64,000 nt of DNA from Octopus vulgaris (GCA_951406725.2 OX597826.1:74834001-74898000), one strand, 5' to 3'; positions 25,524 to 38,632 are shown, counted from the stretch's first letter. Numbers and translations are program-made. Notes: generated from the letters alone by a model not told the origin.

Positions 25524-25914
25524 CTAGCAGTATCGCCTGGCGTTGCTCGGGTTTGTTTCAACCCTTTAGAATTGGAATTTTTGAAAAGTAAAAATTTTGC
25601 ATTATGTAGCTTGTTATTCTCTTAAAGTGAAAAATGTTTCTGGTTGAAATACACCGAAAAGTGGCGACACAGCAGTCAAAAAATCGTAAAAAATAGGGAT
25701 TTTCATAGAAAAAAAAAGCACCTTTTTGATGTAAAGAATTTTTGGTCTTAACATGGTCCGATTTGAATTTAATCTTCTCCGGAATGAAGAGCAAGCCTTC
25801 TTCTATCATACTCTCAATTTTGGTCAACTTGCGCCGCAGGGTCTCGGAGGGGATAGTGTTAGTTGAAGGCTACCAAACCTGCCATACACAGACAACTTCA
25901 GTTTGATATAGAGA
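25524..25914 (-). mobile_element. Non-autonomous Helitron
   Basis: Minus-strand 3' end CCCGAGCAACGCCAGGCG hairpin followed by ATACTGCTAG|T; 5' end TCTCTATATCAAACTGAAGTTGTCTGTG. Confidence 0.7.
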
Positions 25915-26099
25915 GTAATTAATCTCTAGTTAATGTTTTAGTCTGTGTAAATGGACGGAGCGGGGTTAGTTATTTGTGTGTTTCTGAAGATATGAAATGT
26001 CATTCAAGCACATTTAGATTACAAATACGGAGCAGAAATAACTGGGTTTGGTTAAAGTTCAGCTTTTTAAACAATTACAGCTAAGTGGTTATTAACTGT

Positions 26100-26700
26100 T
26101 GACTGTTAACCTTAGTGATTAGTCTGTGTCTCTTAACTCTTATCCCCTCTCTCTCGCTCTCTCTCAGTATTTACAGTTTGTCTCTGGTCACGATTTGTCA
26201 GTGGTTACTTCATCTACCTGAAAGAGGTTACTCCATTTCTTTCAGCGATAACGAGCAATCATTGGTTAAAATCTACCTCACATCACTTAAGTTGTTATTG
26301 TCTATCAATCGTTGTAGAGCCATCTCTGTCTGTCTGTCCTCTCTCTCTCTCTCTCTCTCTCGCCAGTAAAATCTGCCAAAGGTTACACATCAGACCCAGG
26401 GGCTGCATTTCGTCAGTGGTTACCATAGCTACTGTCTGTCTCAGAATTGTCTCTGAGGCTACAGTCAGAGAGCTTAGAGTCTGTTTCAGGCCTAAAGTCT
26501 GTCAATGGTTTTGTCTGTACCCGTGGTTACTATATCAGTGGTTTCAGTCTGTCTCTGTGGTTACAGTTTGTCCCAATGGATTCTGTCTGCCACTGAATAC
26601 AGTTTGTCTAAGATTAGTTTTTGTTTTTCTCACAGAGGTCGCTGTCAGTCGTTCATTAAGTCTGCAATCGCAGCCTTTCAGTGGTTGCTGACCCATGAAG
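26100..26700. repeat. Degenerate minisatellite (TCTGTCTCAGTGGTTAC-like units)
   Basis: Recurrent GTCTGTC/CAGTGGTTAC motifs with variable spacing. Confidence 0.55.
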
Positions 26701-27347
26701 TTGTTTAGTTTTCTTGGGCCGAAACTGAAGAATGCAACACAAGGCTAATAAAAGTTTTAAATTTTGATACAAAGCCAGCAATTTTATAGGGAAGGGTTAA
26801 GCCAATCACACTGATCATAATGCTCTTTAATTAATGCTGTAAAAATGCAAGATAAAGATGACTTTGGGAGAATTTGAACTCAGAACATTAAGAGTCAGAA
26901 AAAAAGCAGCTAAGCATTTCGTCCAGCACGGTAATGCTTCTGCCAGGCTAATAAACCTTTCTAATATAGGCACAAAGCACTAGCATAGCTAGAGTGTGTG
27001 GCCCTTAAGTTTGCTACCCCACTGGGCTCCCACAAAAATATACATTGCCTACAGATCCCAAGCACTCCAAGAGTGTAGTGGGTGCTTTTTACGTGCCACC
27101 GGCACAGAGGCCAGTCAGGCGGCATTGGCAGCGACCATGCTCAAATGGTGCTCTTTACATGCCACCGGCATGGGGGCAGTGGTGTACTGGCATCGGCCAC
27201 GCTCGAATGGTGCTTTTTACGTGCCACTGGGTCTAGTCAGCTGGCTAATAACAAAAATTAAAACATGATGTTTGGTACATGTGTTAGAGAGCAAAAACAA
27301 GAAAGGAGAAAAGAAAACAAAAAAACAAAAATTCTGATCAGAAAATA

Positions 27348-27353
27348 TTTATT
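27348..27353 (-). terminator. Candidate polyadenylation signal of MOSPD2
   Basis: AATAAA on the minus strand followed about 20-60 nt later by U/GU-rich TTTTGTTTTTTTGTTTTC. Confidence 0.5.
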
Positions 27354-27736
27354 TATATAAATATCATTGATGCGGTTTTGGAAAACACTTTTAATAAAAC
27401 ATCTTCTTCTTCTTCTTCTCCTCTGCCATCTTTTAGTTTGTCGTGTTTCTATTAAAATACCTTTTCCGTTAATAAAGTGGGCAGATTCTACACCTTTCGC
27501 ACCCACGATACACCGTTCTATATAAACATGTTGTAGAGGTGAGGGATATAATATCATGGTGAGGACGAAGTAGTGGGGGGGGGCGGAGGATAACCAGACC
27601 TGGGTGTTGGTTGGGTGGGTGGGTGAGCGGGTGGAGAGGAGTCAGTTTTCTAACTGAACTAAATATTTAAATATTTTACATCAGTATACACATACATACT
27701 TGCATTAACCGACAAATATTATATATATACACACAC

Positions 27737-27777
<41 letters not shown>

Positions 27778-27951
27778 TGTACCCTCACAACATTTTCACT
27801 GCACTATAAGGCATTAAAATCTCAAGTATTCAATGTTTTTTTTTTCACATTTTGATTTCCTGTCATATTTTTTGTATTTTTTATTGTTTTCCTTTATTAT
27901 TATTATTATTATTATTATTATTTATTGGTCTTGTTCTTCAATAAAACTTAC

Positions 27952-28098
27952 TTATATTTTAGTCTAGTACGTTGCCATGGCGTGGTGGCGTTGGCGGCGA
28001 TGGTGGCCGGGGGTGGGGGTGGATATCTCTAAAGCACTCTAGACCGGAGACGAGGTGGACGTTGAACACACACAAAGTCGAAATGCATGCAAGTCTTG
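27952..28098 (-). other. Candidate non-coding (3'UTR) or alternative terminal exon of MOSPD2
   Basis: Acceptor ttttttgttttttgtttCTAATtgtacAG, donor AA|GTAAGT, 147 nt of unique GC-richer sequence. Confidence 0.5.
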
Positions 28099-29271
28099 CT
28101 GTACAATTAGAAACAAAAAAACAAAAAAAACATAGTTCATTTAGCTGTTCACTTGTGCTATTAAGCTTGAGCAAGTCTTTCATCTATGCGGCATTTGCTA
28201 AAAAAAAAAAATTCTTTACAGCATATTACATGTGAGAATATATCTAATAAGATGTGAGAGTGAAAGAAACTCTGTGTGTGTGTGTGCATGCGTGAGTGCG
28301 TATGTGTGTGTGTATCATTAGTTTTATAGACACTGTTACCATACAGTCCTGGTCAGAGAAGTTCACCCTTACAAAACAGCTGATTGAGTTCCCACACTTT
28401 ACCATCTCACCTGAGAGACCCCCTAAGATTCTAAACCTGATTTAAATTTTACCCAAGTTTTCCTTGATCTACTTTTATCACTGGCACATTCTTACAATAC
28501 ATCTATCTCTATATATATATGCAAGCATGTATATATATGTATATATATTGCTTTTTTCTTGGTTACAATCACCCCACATAATTTTATGGTTAATACCATA
28601 AAGAATTCTGGTGCATCTAAGTTAAGTACCATATTCATTTGAATCTTAATCTTAATTGTTTTACATATATATATATATATGTATGTATGTATATATTTAT
28701 TTTGGCCTGCTCGCTTAGCTAGCGGGGTGGTGTCATTTGAAGGCTAAAACAATGTGAAGCGCATTGTGACCAGTGATGTGTAGCAACATCTGATAGCCTG
28801 GTCGGTCACAGTGATATATATATATATATGTAATGTATGTATGTATATATTTATATATGTATATAGTTACACATACATATATTCATACACACACACACAC
28901 ACACATATATATATACATACATACATACAGAGTTAGTAGTGAGTTAGTAAGTGTAGTTATGTACATGGTAAGACTAGGAACAAACTAAACAACAAAAAAA
29001 AGAACTCAATACTTTCAGCTAAGAGTAAATATTTATTTTATAGTATTATAGTTTTTACAGTTCCAACTAACAGCATACCATTATGCAGAGTTTTGCGTCT
29101 CAGTACTTAGACATTCCTCTGATGATTCTGGTTGTTGGAGCAATACCTCTTTCATTTGAAGTTTATCAGCATGGTTGGTCATGTAGTGGACTCCCAGTCT
29201 GTCATATATGCAGAATGGTGTACATAGATATTTACACATATACACAAACATGCATCCATGCCTGTGCGCGC

Positions 29272-29302
<31 letters not shown>

Positions 29303-29823
29303 GAGAACTGGTGTACCATTACGTATCTTGGTAGATTTTTATTTGGAATTGTTCAATTGATAACTAAGAGGTTTATTCCAGAAATTTCTAAAGAAGCTTT
29401 CAGTGAGCTAGTTACTTCATTTCTGTCACAAATAATGGCTCCCAACCTTGCCGTGGATCCAAATAGAGGTATTCACTTATATATATATATATATACGTAG
29501 AGAGAGAGAGAAAGAGAGAGAGAGAGGGGTATAGTCTGATGACATCAATTCCACCTGACCAGAACTCCATTCACCTTGGTGAGTGGAAAAGAAATGCCTT
29601 CTTTAGGTGATATTAATAACATATACATACACACATATATATTCTTTTACTTGTTTCAGTCATTTTGACTGCAGCCATACTGGAGCACTGCCTTTAGTCA
29701 AGCAAATCGACCCCCAAAACTTAATCGTTGTAAACCTAGTACTTATTCTATCGGTCTCTTTTTCCGAACTGCTAAGTTACAGGGACATAAACACACCAGC
29801 ATCAGTTCTCAAGCGATGTTGGG

Positions 29824-29858
<35 letters not shown>

Positions 29859-30455
29859 CGACGGGCTTCTTTCAGTTTCCATCTACGAAATCCACTCACA
29901 AGGCTCTGATCGGCCAGAGGCTATAGTAGAAGACTCTTGCCCAAGATGCCATGCAGTGGGACTGAACTCAGAACCATATGGTTTGTAAGCAAGAGAGAAA
30001 TATACCTCAAACCAAAGTGTCTAAGATGACCAAAATGCCAGCCCCATTGTAACGGTTGTGTCCAGCTCAGTATGTTAACCAATTAACCAATCTGCAGTTT
30101 TTAGGTGGAGGGCAAAACTTTGCATCCCCTTAAGTGAAGCCAAGACATTACTTTTTCAATTTAATGATTCAGTTTTAAGAAATCAGGAGTATCACATTTG
30201 TTTCAACAACTCTTTCGTCCATCACATTAAACTCCCTATTCATCCAATGAGTGATCTTCCTAGAATCCTCACCACATCATCTCATAACTGAATCCCCCAA
30301 GTCTTTCCATCTCTTCATTTAACAACTAAACTCCCTAATACTTTGTTTCATGGCTAAACTCCTTGGTACTCCCATCACTTCATCTGACGACAAGACTACT
30401 TTGTTTTATGACTACACTTCCCAGTACTCTCACCACTTGATGACTAAACTCCTTA

Positions 30456-30800
30456 ATTTACATTATTTACATTTGACGGATATTTGTCCTCATCTTGTTT
30501 GTTGTTAACACAACATTTCAGCTGATATACTCTCCAGCCTTCTTCAGGTGTCTTGGGGAAATTTCAAATCTGGGTTCTCATTCCTAAGGTATTTTTCCAA
30601 TGTCATTATTATTATTAATATTATTATTCAGGTCACTGCCTGGAATCAAACTCAGAATCTTGGGATTAATAGCCCACGCTCTTAACCACTACGCCATATG
30701 CCCCGTGGTTAACAACAAACAGGATGAGGACAAATATCCGTCAAACGCAAATAATGTAAATAACGTACACAATTCCTCATCTCTCAAATATAGAACTGAA
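30456..30800 (-). mobile_element. tRNA-headed SINE carrying a hammerhead motif (30456-30703) with an inverted copy of its tail (about 30708-30800)
   Basis: Head GGCATATGGCGTAGTGGTTAAGAGCG..GTTTGATTCC, (AAT)n, hammerhead 30507-30552, tail GAGGACAAATATCCGTCAAATGTAAATAATG. Confidence 0.8.
30507..30552 (-). ncRNA. Minimal hammerhead ribozyme
   Basis: GACAC CTGAAGA A GGCTG-GAGAGTATAT-CAGCT GAAA T GTT^ GTGTT. Confidence 0.65.
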
Positions 30801-31289
30801 TTCCTTAATTTACTCCTAACATTTCATCTGAGGACCAAAATCCTCATACGCTGCCACTTAATCTGATGACTACATTTGGATTATCTTTATTTGGATTAGC
30901 TTTAAACATTCAGGTGACTAACCGGCTTTCTATCGCAGGACCCTATTCTGAGTAGTAACAATGGCAAATTCTACTGCTACTGCTGCTGCTGCTAATTGAA
31001 GGAAGAACCCCCCTCCAACTCCTAACTAGTTCACAATGAATCTCTTCCCTCTGAAGTTCCATGGAAAGTGGACCCTACAGACAGCTCTTATCACAGCCTT
31101 GTGTTGATGTGTACATGTATGTATGCATGTGTAGGCATATAAGTGTGTATGTGTGTGTGTGTGTTGATATACATACACATACACACATATATTTATATTT
31201 TGTGAAATTTGATTTAGTATTTCTAATCTGAATTTTTCCCTGTAAGTTTGGAATAATATTCCCTCATATTATTATTATTATTATTATTA

Positions 31290-31333
<44 letters not shown>

Positions 31334-32097
31334 GAATTTGTGTACATATGGATATATTTATACAAGTATATACATACACTTGTGAATTTATACATGTATT
31401 GATGCCCATTTAGACACAACTATGCATGCATGCACCGATGTATGTATGTACGTGTGTGTGTGTGTGTGTTTGTGCATGCGAGAGTGCAAAATTAGAAATG
31501 TGAGGAAGATGAAATACCATAGGGATGTGAGATCTTTCTAGAATGCATAATTAATCTATCTTGAACATCTTTTCCAATGACAGGGTATTGATGAAGCTAT
31601 AGTAAACAGTAAACCATTCCTAAATCATACACGAAATCAAAATAATTATCTTAATTAATTAATTAATTGATAATTTCTAGCATAGACAAAAGGCCAGAAA
31701 TTTTGTGGAAGGGGAAATAATTAATTAAAAGGAACCCAGTTCTTAAGTTGTACTTTATTTTATCAGACCCCAGAAGGACAAAAGGCAAAGTTGGTCTTCA
31801 AGGGATTTGAACTCAGAACGTAAAGGCCCATAACTAAATACCACAAGACTGTTTTGTCTGAAGCTCTACCGGTTCTGCCAAATCTGTTCCACAATTGTCA
31901 TGGGTTGTTCCTCAGCAAAACCAGTGTGATTGACGACTTACTCTGGAGGTCGTTAGTCAGCTAATCAATTAATTGAAAAAGGTGGGGAGCGGGATGGCGA
32001 GGGAGGGTTAACAATATCGAGGAGGTCGTTGATGCATCAACAACCGCTGTGAACAGCTAAAAAGGGAGCCAATGACGGACGATTCGTGAGACAGGGA

Positions 32098-32265
32098 TCA
32101 CTGAGCTGGACAGTACTTGGACTTGTGATCTTGGGGTGCAGACAGGGACTGCCAGTAGTCGGAAACTATGGCAAGGATGACGACGAGGAGGAAAACAAGC
32201 TGGAGTAAGATGACATGCTGCTGGCGTCTCTCGATCCGACTGACGGCCGACTGGAGCACTTCCAC
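32098..32265 (-). CDS. MOSPD2: MOSPD2 last coding exon: coiled coil + TM anchor (VEVLQSAVSRIERRQQHVILLQLVFLLVVILAIVSDYWQSLSAPQDHKSKYCPAQ*)
   Basis: Acceptor tctttgtgcAG, phase 0, hydrophobic helix, TGA at 32098-32100; in frame with the upstream exons. Confidence 0.88.
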   Translation of the reverse strand: MEVLQSAVSRIERRQQHVILLQLVFLLVVILAIVSDYWQSLSAPQDHKSKYCPAQ

Positions 32266-33394
32266 CTGCACAAAGACAAGACAACAACAATAATAATAAT
32301 AATAATTAATTAGGTTTAAGCCTTGAGCATTCAGTTTGCTTTGTTAAATGTAATTTATTTCCCTCATTTTTATTCTACAGTGAATTATCTCATAGCTCTG
32401 AGATTTCAATGATGCGATTGTTTATTTTCAGAATAACATTGTAGGATAGGTGTGAGAGGCTGGATCTGGCCAGTCCAAACATAAAATAGAATATTTAGGC
32501 TGGATGTGGCCAGTTTAAATGATGAGAGATGTGTGGGCTAAGAGAGGTCAGTAGGTTAAGTGCGTAGATTCTACTTCTTGCAATAAGGCTGACTGCAACA
32601 TCAACATAATTCAGAACACTGGCGTAACATTCCAAGCCTAATTAAAGCTAATTAAAACAACCCATTGTTATATACAACATTAAAGTAAAATATATTGCTA
32701 TTACTATGTATAATGTAGGCACGAACACGGGTTAGGGAGCTTGCTTCCTAGCTACATGGTTTCGGGTTCAGTCCCACCGCGTGGCACTTTGGGTAGGTGT
32801 CTTCTGCTATAGCCCCAGGCCGACCGAAGCTTTGGGATTGAATTTGGTAGGTGGAAGTTACTGCCGTGTGTGTATATGCGTGTAGGTGCTTGTGCCTCTC
32901 TGAGAGAGAGAGAGAGAGAGAGAGAGAGGGAACGTTCTTCAGGTTTTTTTAGTCGACAATGTTGTGCTTATGTTATATGAAATAGGTCTTATATAAAATT
33001 ATTATGGCTATTAATTACTAATATGTACAACATTATCAATATGTATGACATTATGTCATCATTATTGTTTAATGTCTGTCTTGAGTATAATATTAAATGT
33101 ATGTATAATAGTATTATGTATCGCAAAAGTGTTAAGTATGACATTGTGCTTAAAATGTAATTTTAAGTTTCATTCAAACTGAAGCTGAACTTTTTAATAA
33201 GTTCAGAAAAATTTGTAATAAAAATTCTCAAAATTCAGATTTATAAAACAATTTCCTGGTTAAGTTATTTAACTAAGTTGTGTTGATGTGTATGTGCATG
33301 TGTGTGAGTGTGTGTGTGTACATGTGGTGGTATATGGATACCCAACTTTTGTCACTTCCACACGTGTACCACACTATAAACATGTAGGTATCAT

Positions 33395-33623
33395 TTAACC
33401 CTTTAGTGTTTAAACCGGCCATATCCGGACCAAATATTCTGTATGTTTTATATTCAAACTGGCGATATCTAGCCTCTCACACCTACCCTGCACTGACATT
33501 CTATAAATAAACAATCACATTATTGAAACCTCAAAGCTATAAGATAATGCATGATTAATTCAAAACAATATTAGTAAAAAAAATATTACGTTTAACAGAG
33601 TAATCTGAACACTAAAGGGTTAA
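33395..33623. mobile_element. TTAA-flanked (piggyBac-like) MITE
   Basis: TTAA CCCTTTAGTGTT ... AACACTAAAGGG TTAA; related copies at about 37614-37828, 47392-47624 and 59911-60139. Confidence 0.8.
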
Positions 33624-34291
33624 TCCTAATTTAGTCATTACAAGAGTGAAGTCAAGACTAAATAGTTTACTTGCTGACAGCTACAGGTAGTAGTCAAGAC
33701 AATTTGATATGAATTAATAAAAAATGACCTGAACAAATTTCGCCAAACAATAGTAATGGTTGGTCTTATTTTCAGTGTTGGAATAACAAAGAAACTATTT
33801 TGTGATCAATGCTAAATCTCAGCCAAGCAACCCCAAAACACAGGATTGAAATAGAAACATATGAAAATATATTTGTGTAAAGTTACAAAGACAATTTGTA
33901 ATAAGTAGGTTAATGGGATATATATATACGAAATAGTAATCATTTTTGTGTCTTTTTATGGAGACAAAAGGGTTTATAAGACTGCAAAAAAGAAGTGCTC
34001 AAATGTAACTGAGACAGAGATAAAAAAAAAAACATTGATAAGAGAATGAACATCAAATTTGAGTCAACGACTTTATATATATATATATATATATATTGAT
34101 GGATCTCAACTTTGATAGAATAAATTTTTTAAGTTGTAAAGATACTTTACGAACACATCGTATATTAAGATAGGCAAGACTAAAGTTACCTCCCTTGGTC
34201 AATGCAACACATGAGGTTTCAGAGGAGGGAGGAGGAGAGAGAGAGTGTGAAGCAGAGAGAGGAGAGAGTAAAAGAAAGTGGTTGTACGAAC

Positions 34292-34364
34292 CTTTTCTGT
34301 TAAAGTTGTGATGTCGTTGGCTGGTCTGGAACAAACCGGTTCAGAATTTATAATACAACGTAAT
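34292..34364 (-). CDS. MOSPD2: MOSPD2 exon ((R)LRCIINSEPVCSRPANDITTLTEK)
   Basis: cttttgcAG / AAG|GTTCGT, 73 nt, phase 2->0; completes the EHRLRC end of the MSP domain. Confidence 0.9.
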
Positions 34365-35654
34365 CTGCAAAAGGAAGAATTCCAACATCAGAATTGCCTA
34401 ATCGTAAAATGAACTTTTGCTCATCATAAAATAAAATCCATTGTCTTCGAGTGAGAATGGGAATGAGTTTATTTCTGCACATCCCAATTGAATGTATAGT
34501 CTGCCTTTGTATTTATTGGTGTGTGACGTGGCCGATGACAGATCCGCCTGATTGGCCCTCGTGCCCAAGGAACGTTAAAAGCACATCCGATCGTGATCGT
34601 TGCCAGGGCCAGGGATTGGCTCCCGTGCCAGTGGCACGTGAGAAACAACATTCAAGTGTGGTCGTTGCCAGTGCCACTGGACTGGCTTCCGTGCAGGTAA
34701 CACATAAAAACCTCTTCGGTACGGTGGTTGCCAGAATCGCCTGACTGGCCCCCATGCCGGTGGCACGTAAAAGCACCCACTACACTCTTGGAGTGGTTGG
34801 TGTTAGGAAGGGCATCCAGCTGTAGAAGATTGAGCGTGGTGCAGCCTTCTGGCCCACCAGTCCTCAGTCAAACCGTCCAACCCATGCCAGTATGGAAAGC
34901 GGACGTTAAATGATGATGGTGATGGTGATGATGATGATGATGCTGATGATGTACAGTACAATTATGGCTGTGTGGTTTAAGAAGTTCCCTTTCCAACCAT
35001 GTGGTTTCAAGTTCACTCTATCTGTGTGACAAGCATCATCCCTTGGATGTCTTCTATTATAGCCCTGGGTTAACCAAAGCTTAGTGAGTAGCTTTGCTAC
35101 ATGGAAACTGAAAGAAGCCTGTCATGTGTGTGCGTATGTGAGAGAGAGAGAGTTTCTCCATGTCTTGACATCACATGATAGTTGTAAACACTACACAAGT
35201 GGCATCATCTGTTTCCAAACTTCTGTGCAAACACCTGTGGCCAAAGAGAAATATTACCCCACTTGGAAACTGGAGAGGGCTGGAAAAAGGAACGGCATCC
35301 AGCCATAGGAAATCTGTGTCAACAAATAACCATTTCCACCCATACAAGCATGAAAGAGTGGACTTTGAAACATTGATGATGATGATGATATATATATACA
35401 TAGAGAAAGGGTAATAAATTGAGTAGGTGAACCCTCATGGATTAAGATATATACGGGCTAATGTAATGCATCTAGTGCAGTTATTTATGTAGGGATCTTC
35501 CCACCTGCTTGTAACCCTCCTGTTGTTCATAGCCTGCCGATGAAGAGAGAAGCAATGTAACATGCGGGTCCTGCTTACAAGAGAGTTATCTCCCTGCAAC
35601 AGTTCCTCATCTCTACATCAGTGGAATCGGATGTTATACACTAAAAAGATTATA

Positions 35655-35946
35655 CAGTTCCATATTTAAGAGATGAGGATTTATGTACATTATTTATTTT
35701 ATTTACATTATTTACATTTGACGGATATTTGTCCTCATCTTGTGTGTTGTTAACACAACGTTTCGGCTGATATACCCTCCAGCCTCCATCAGGTGTCTTG
35801 GAGAATTTTCGAACCTGGGTTCTCATTCCTAAGGTATTTTTCGGTGTTATAATTAATATTTTTATTATTATCATTATTCAGGTCACTACCTGGAATCGAA
35901 CTTGGAATCTTGGGGTCAGTAGCCCGTGCTCTTAACCACTACGCCA
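35655..35946 (-). mobile_element. Second copy of the tRNA-headed, hammerhead-bearing SINE
   Basis: Same layout as 30456-30703: TGGCGTAGTGGTTAAGAGC head, GTTCGATTCC B box, hammerhead, CCTCATCTCTTAAATATGGAACTG tail. Confidence 0.82.
35752..35797 (-). ncRNA. Minimal hammerhead ribozyme
   Basis: GACAC CTGATGG A GGCTG-GAGGGTATAT-CAGCC GAAA C GTT^ GTGTT; loopless palindromic stem III (AACGTT). Confidence 0.65.
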
Positions 35947-36253
35947 GATCTCTTTGTCCCAATCATCAGAATACTGCATTCCTGTTTATTGCAAGGAAGG
36001 TTCCGGCCAAGATCGTGCTCCAAAGACTGCCCCAATCAGTATCAGAAAACACAGCAGGAACTTCTAGATACAGAAACCTCAAGAAAATAAAGAGATGGTC
36101 ATGGGTGGATTACTGTTGATCATAGGTCTACTGAGTCAGGCTTGATTTGGGGCTAAACAGCAATAATAATAACCTGTAGTTAGAATAGATTACCGGAAGA
36201 ATTCTAGCTTAGCTGTAATTCCAACTGTCATCAGTGGAAATGATCTAACGTAC

Positions 36254-36374
36254 CTGTGTTCCATAATAGATTCTCTTTGAACCGTCTTCCACAGCTCTGC
36301 TACATCTTTGCTTTCATCAGTTACTTCCATTGCTCGTACCAGGAACTTATCAGACTGGATTTTGTTTTCAAAAC
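36254..36374 (-). CDS. MOSPD2: MOSPD2 exon, MSP domain ((G)FENKIQSDKFLVRAMEVTDESKDVAELWKTVQRESIMEH(R))
   Basis: tttttcttttcAG / CAG|GTACGT, 121 nt, phase 1->2; DKFLV and WK...MEHR motifs. Confidence 0.95.
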
Positions 36375-36699
36375 CTGAAAAGAAAAAAAACTATTTTATG
36401 AAACAAACCAATAATTATTGTATTACATCATATCCGAATGTGGCCAATGCTAGCGCCGCCTTGACTGGCTTTTGTGCCGGTAGCACGTAAAAAGCACCCA
36501 CTACACTCACGGGGTGGTTGGTGTTAGGAAGGGCATCCAGCTGTAGAAACACTGCCAGATCAGACTGGAGCCTAGTGCAGCCTTCTGGCTTCCTAGACCC
36601 CGGTCGAACCATCCAACCCATGCCAGCATGGAAAACTAACGTTAAATGATGATGATGATGATATCAAATATACTCCTTTATTTCACTAAAGATGGTACT

Positions 36700-37260
36700 T
36701 GGGGTGAAGCAGGATTAAGATTCTTGGAGTTCTGTGATGCCATATGAACCTAACCAATTACAACTTCAGGAAACCAATGAATCCCCTCCAAACATGCCAC
36801 CTAGGTAGACTCTATTCTCACCAGGATACAGAACAAAGAGCTGGTTGTGGAAACTGGTGAATACTGTATCACTCATCATAAATTGGAGATTAGCAGCATC
36901 ATCCATTACCATGGAGTTGCTAATTAGCAGTGGAGGTAAGTTTTCCCCAAAACATAGAAAACAGAGTATGAAAGGTGTTCAAAGAGCAAATGCTTCTGCT
37001 GGCAACAAAAAGGTTCTCTTTTCAAATGAAGAGTAAATAGTTCGATTCATGAGTACAAAGTCTGTTGTTGCATTGGAGTGAAAATTGAGCATTAAATGCA
37101 AAAGATGTGCAAAGGCTGGAAAGGAATGAAGTCTGCATGTTCCACTGGATGTGAAGTATTAGTGTTTATGAATGAAAGAACACAAATGAGTTGAGAGAAA
37201 AAGTAGGAGTAAGAGGAATCAGCTGTTGTCTGCAAGAGAAAGATCCATCCGACCCATGCA
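36700..37260 (+). pseudogene. Highly degraded, internally deleted RTE-like relic
   Basis: Remnant peptides LRFLEFCDA, NFRKP and VDSILTR (APE-like); ends in an RTE-like CCCATGC..ATGATG tail. Confidence 0.5.
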
Positions 37261-37959
37261 AGAATCAAAAAAGGGATGTGAAATGATGACCAATGACATT
37301 ACTGAAGACACCTCACTAACGACATATATGGTCAATTATATTACTAAACACACCTCACTAATTGCATATATGGCGGTCAATTATATTTAATAAACACACC
37401 AGACTAACCACTGGATATTTGCTTTTTAACTGGTCACTAATTTAACAACTGGATACTAGCATCTTAACAACTGGACATTTCAGTTAGTAAAGATAAAAGA
37501 ATAATTATTTGTAAGAAATTAACAACTAACAACTCAATCCAAACCTTCTTCTAAGTATCAACTCTTTGTAATTCCCTCCAAGTTGATGTATTTTTTCTGC
37601 AGACATCCACACTTAACACTTTGGTGTTTAAACTGGTTTCCCCCACACCAAAATGTTCCAGCTGTTTTATGTTCAAACTGGCAAGATCCCACCTTTCACA
37701 CCCACACTACAATGTCATTCTAAAAACAAACAATTACATCATCGAAATCTCAAAGCTACAAGATAATACAGGATTAATTCAAGACAACACGAATAAATAA
37801 GCATTACAGTTGATAGAGTAAGGGTTAAAGATGTTCAAACCTTAACAGTACTGACCCCCACCCCCACCCCCACCACCAGTCTCCGAGGTCCTGTGAAGGG
37901 CATAGGCTTTAGTAATTTGACCAACCCTGTTATTAAGATCATATGTAAATGTTACAAAC

Positions 37960-38056
37960 CTGGCTGAATATGAACATTGACCGTAACAGGAGAGCCAGGT
38001 CTGACCACACCACCGCTGGGCCGTACTCGAAACTTCTCTGGAGATGTTGTTTTCAC
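37960..38056 (-). CDS. MOSPD2: MOSPD2 exon, MSP signature (VKTTSPEKFRVRPSGGVVRPGSPVTVNVHIQP(G))
   Basis: ctgatttcAG / CAG|GTTTGT, 97 nt; K-V-K-T-T-x-P-x-K-F/Y-x-V-R-P MSP/VAP consensus. Confidence 0.96.
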
Positions 38057-38632
38057 CTGAAATCAGAAATAATCAAATAAATAAGTAAATATTCCAAAAA
38101 AAAAAAACACATCAAATAAGCCATATTTTAAATATTCTTAAATATCAGGTGTGTGTTACTAAAGAGCTGATAGTAAGAGAGTTTTAATGAAACAGTTGTT
38201 GAATACAAAACATACAGGTGTCAGTAAGTCAGATATCTCGTTAGAAGGGATGTAATGACCCTCAACAAAACTGAACAAGAAAATTTTATTTATTCATATC
38301 ATACCATCAGATAAATAGCATATATGATACCAATCAACTGGATTTAATACTGGTTTCGGATTCTGGCACAAGGCCAGATTTTTTTTGGTGGGGGAGGGGG
38401 CAAGTTGATTACATCAACCCCAGTAATGAATTGCTATTTATTTTATTGACCTCCCCAAAAGGGTGAAAGGTGAAGTTGACCTTGGTGGAATTTGAAAAGA
38501 CAGACGAAATACTGTTGAGCATTTTGCCTGAGGTGCTAACAATTGTGCCAACTCACCACCCTAATTGGATTTGGTATAACAAATTAGAAAAAAGAGATTT
38601 CCAGTCTCTGGATTACACCTGTACATACATAC

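Noticed and set aside
29082-29126. Possible further hammerhead on the minus strand (CAGAGGA..GTCT/AGAC..GCAA..ACTC)
   Set aside because: Both core boxes are mutated; too degenerate to call.
34190-34291. Alternative donor/intron read-through giving hydrophobic tail VRTTTFFYSLLSLLHTLSLLLPPLKPHVLH*
   Set aside because: The hydrophobicity comes from a CT-rich tract; no independent support.
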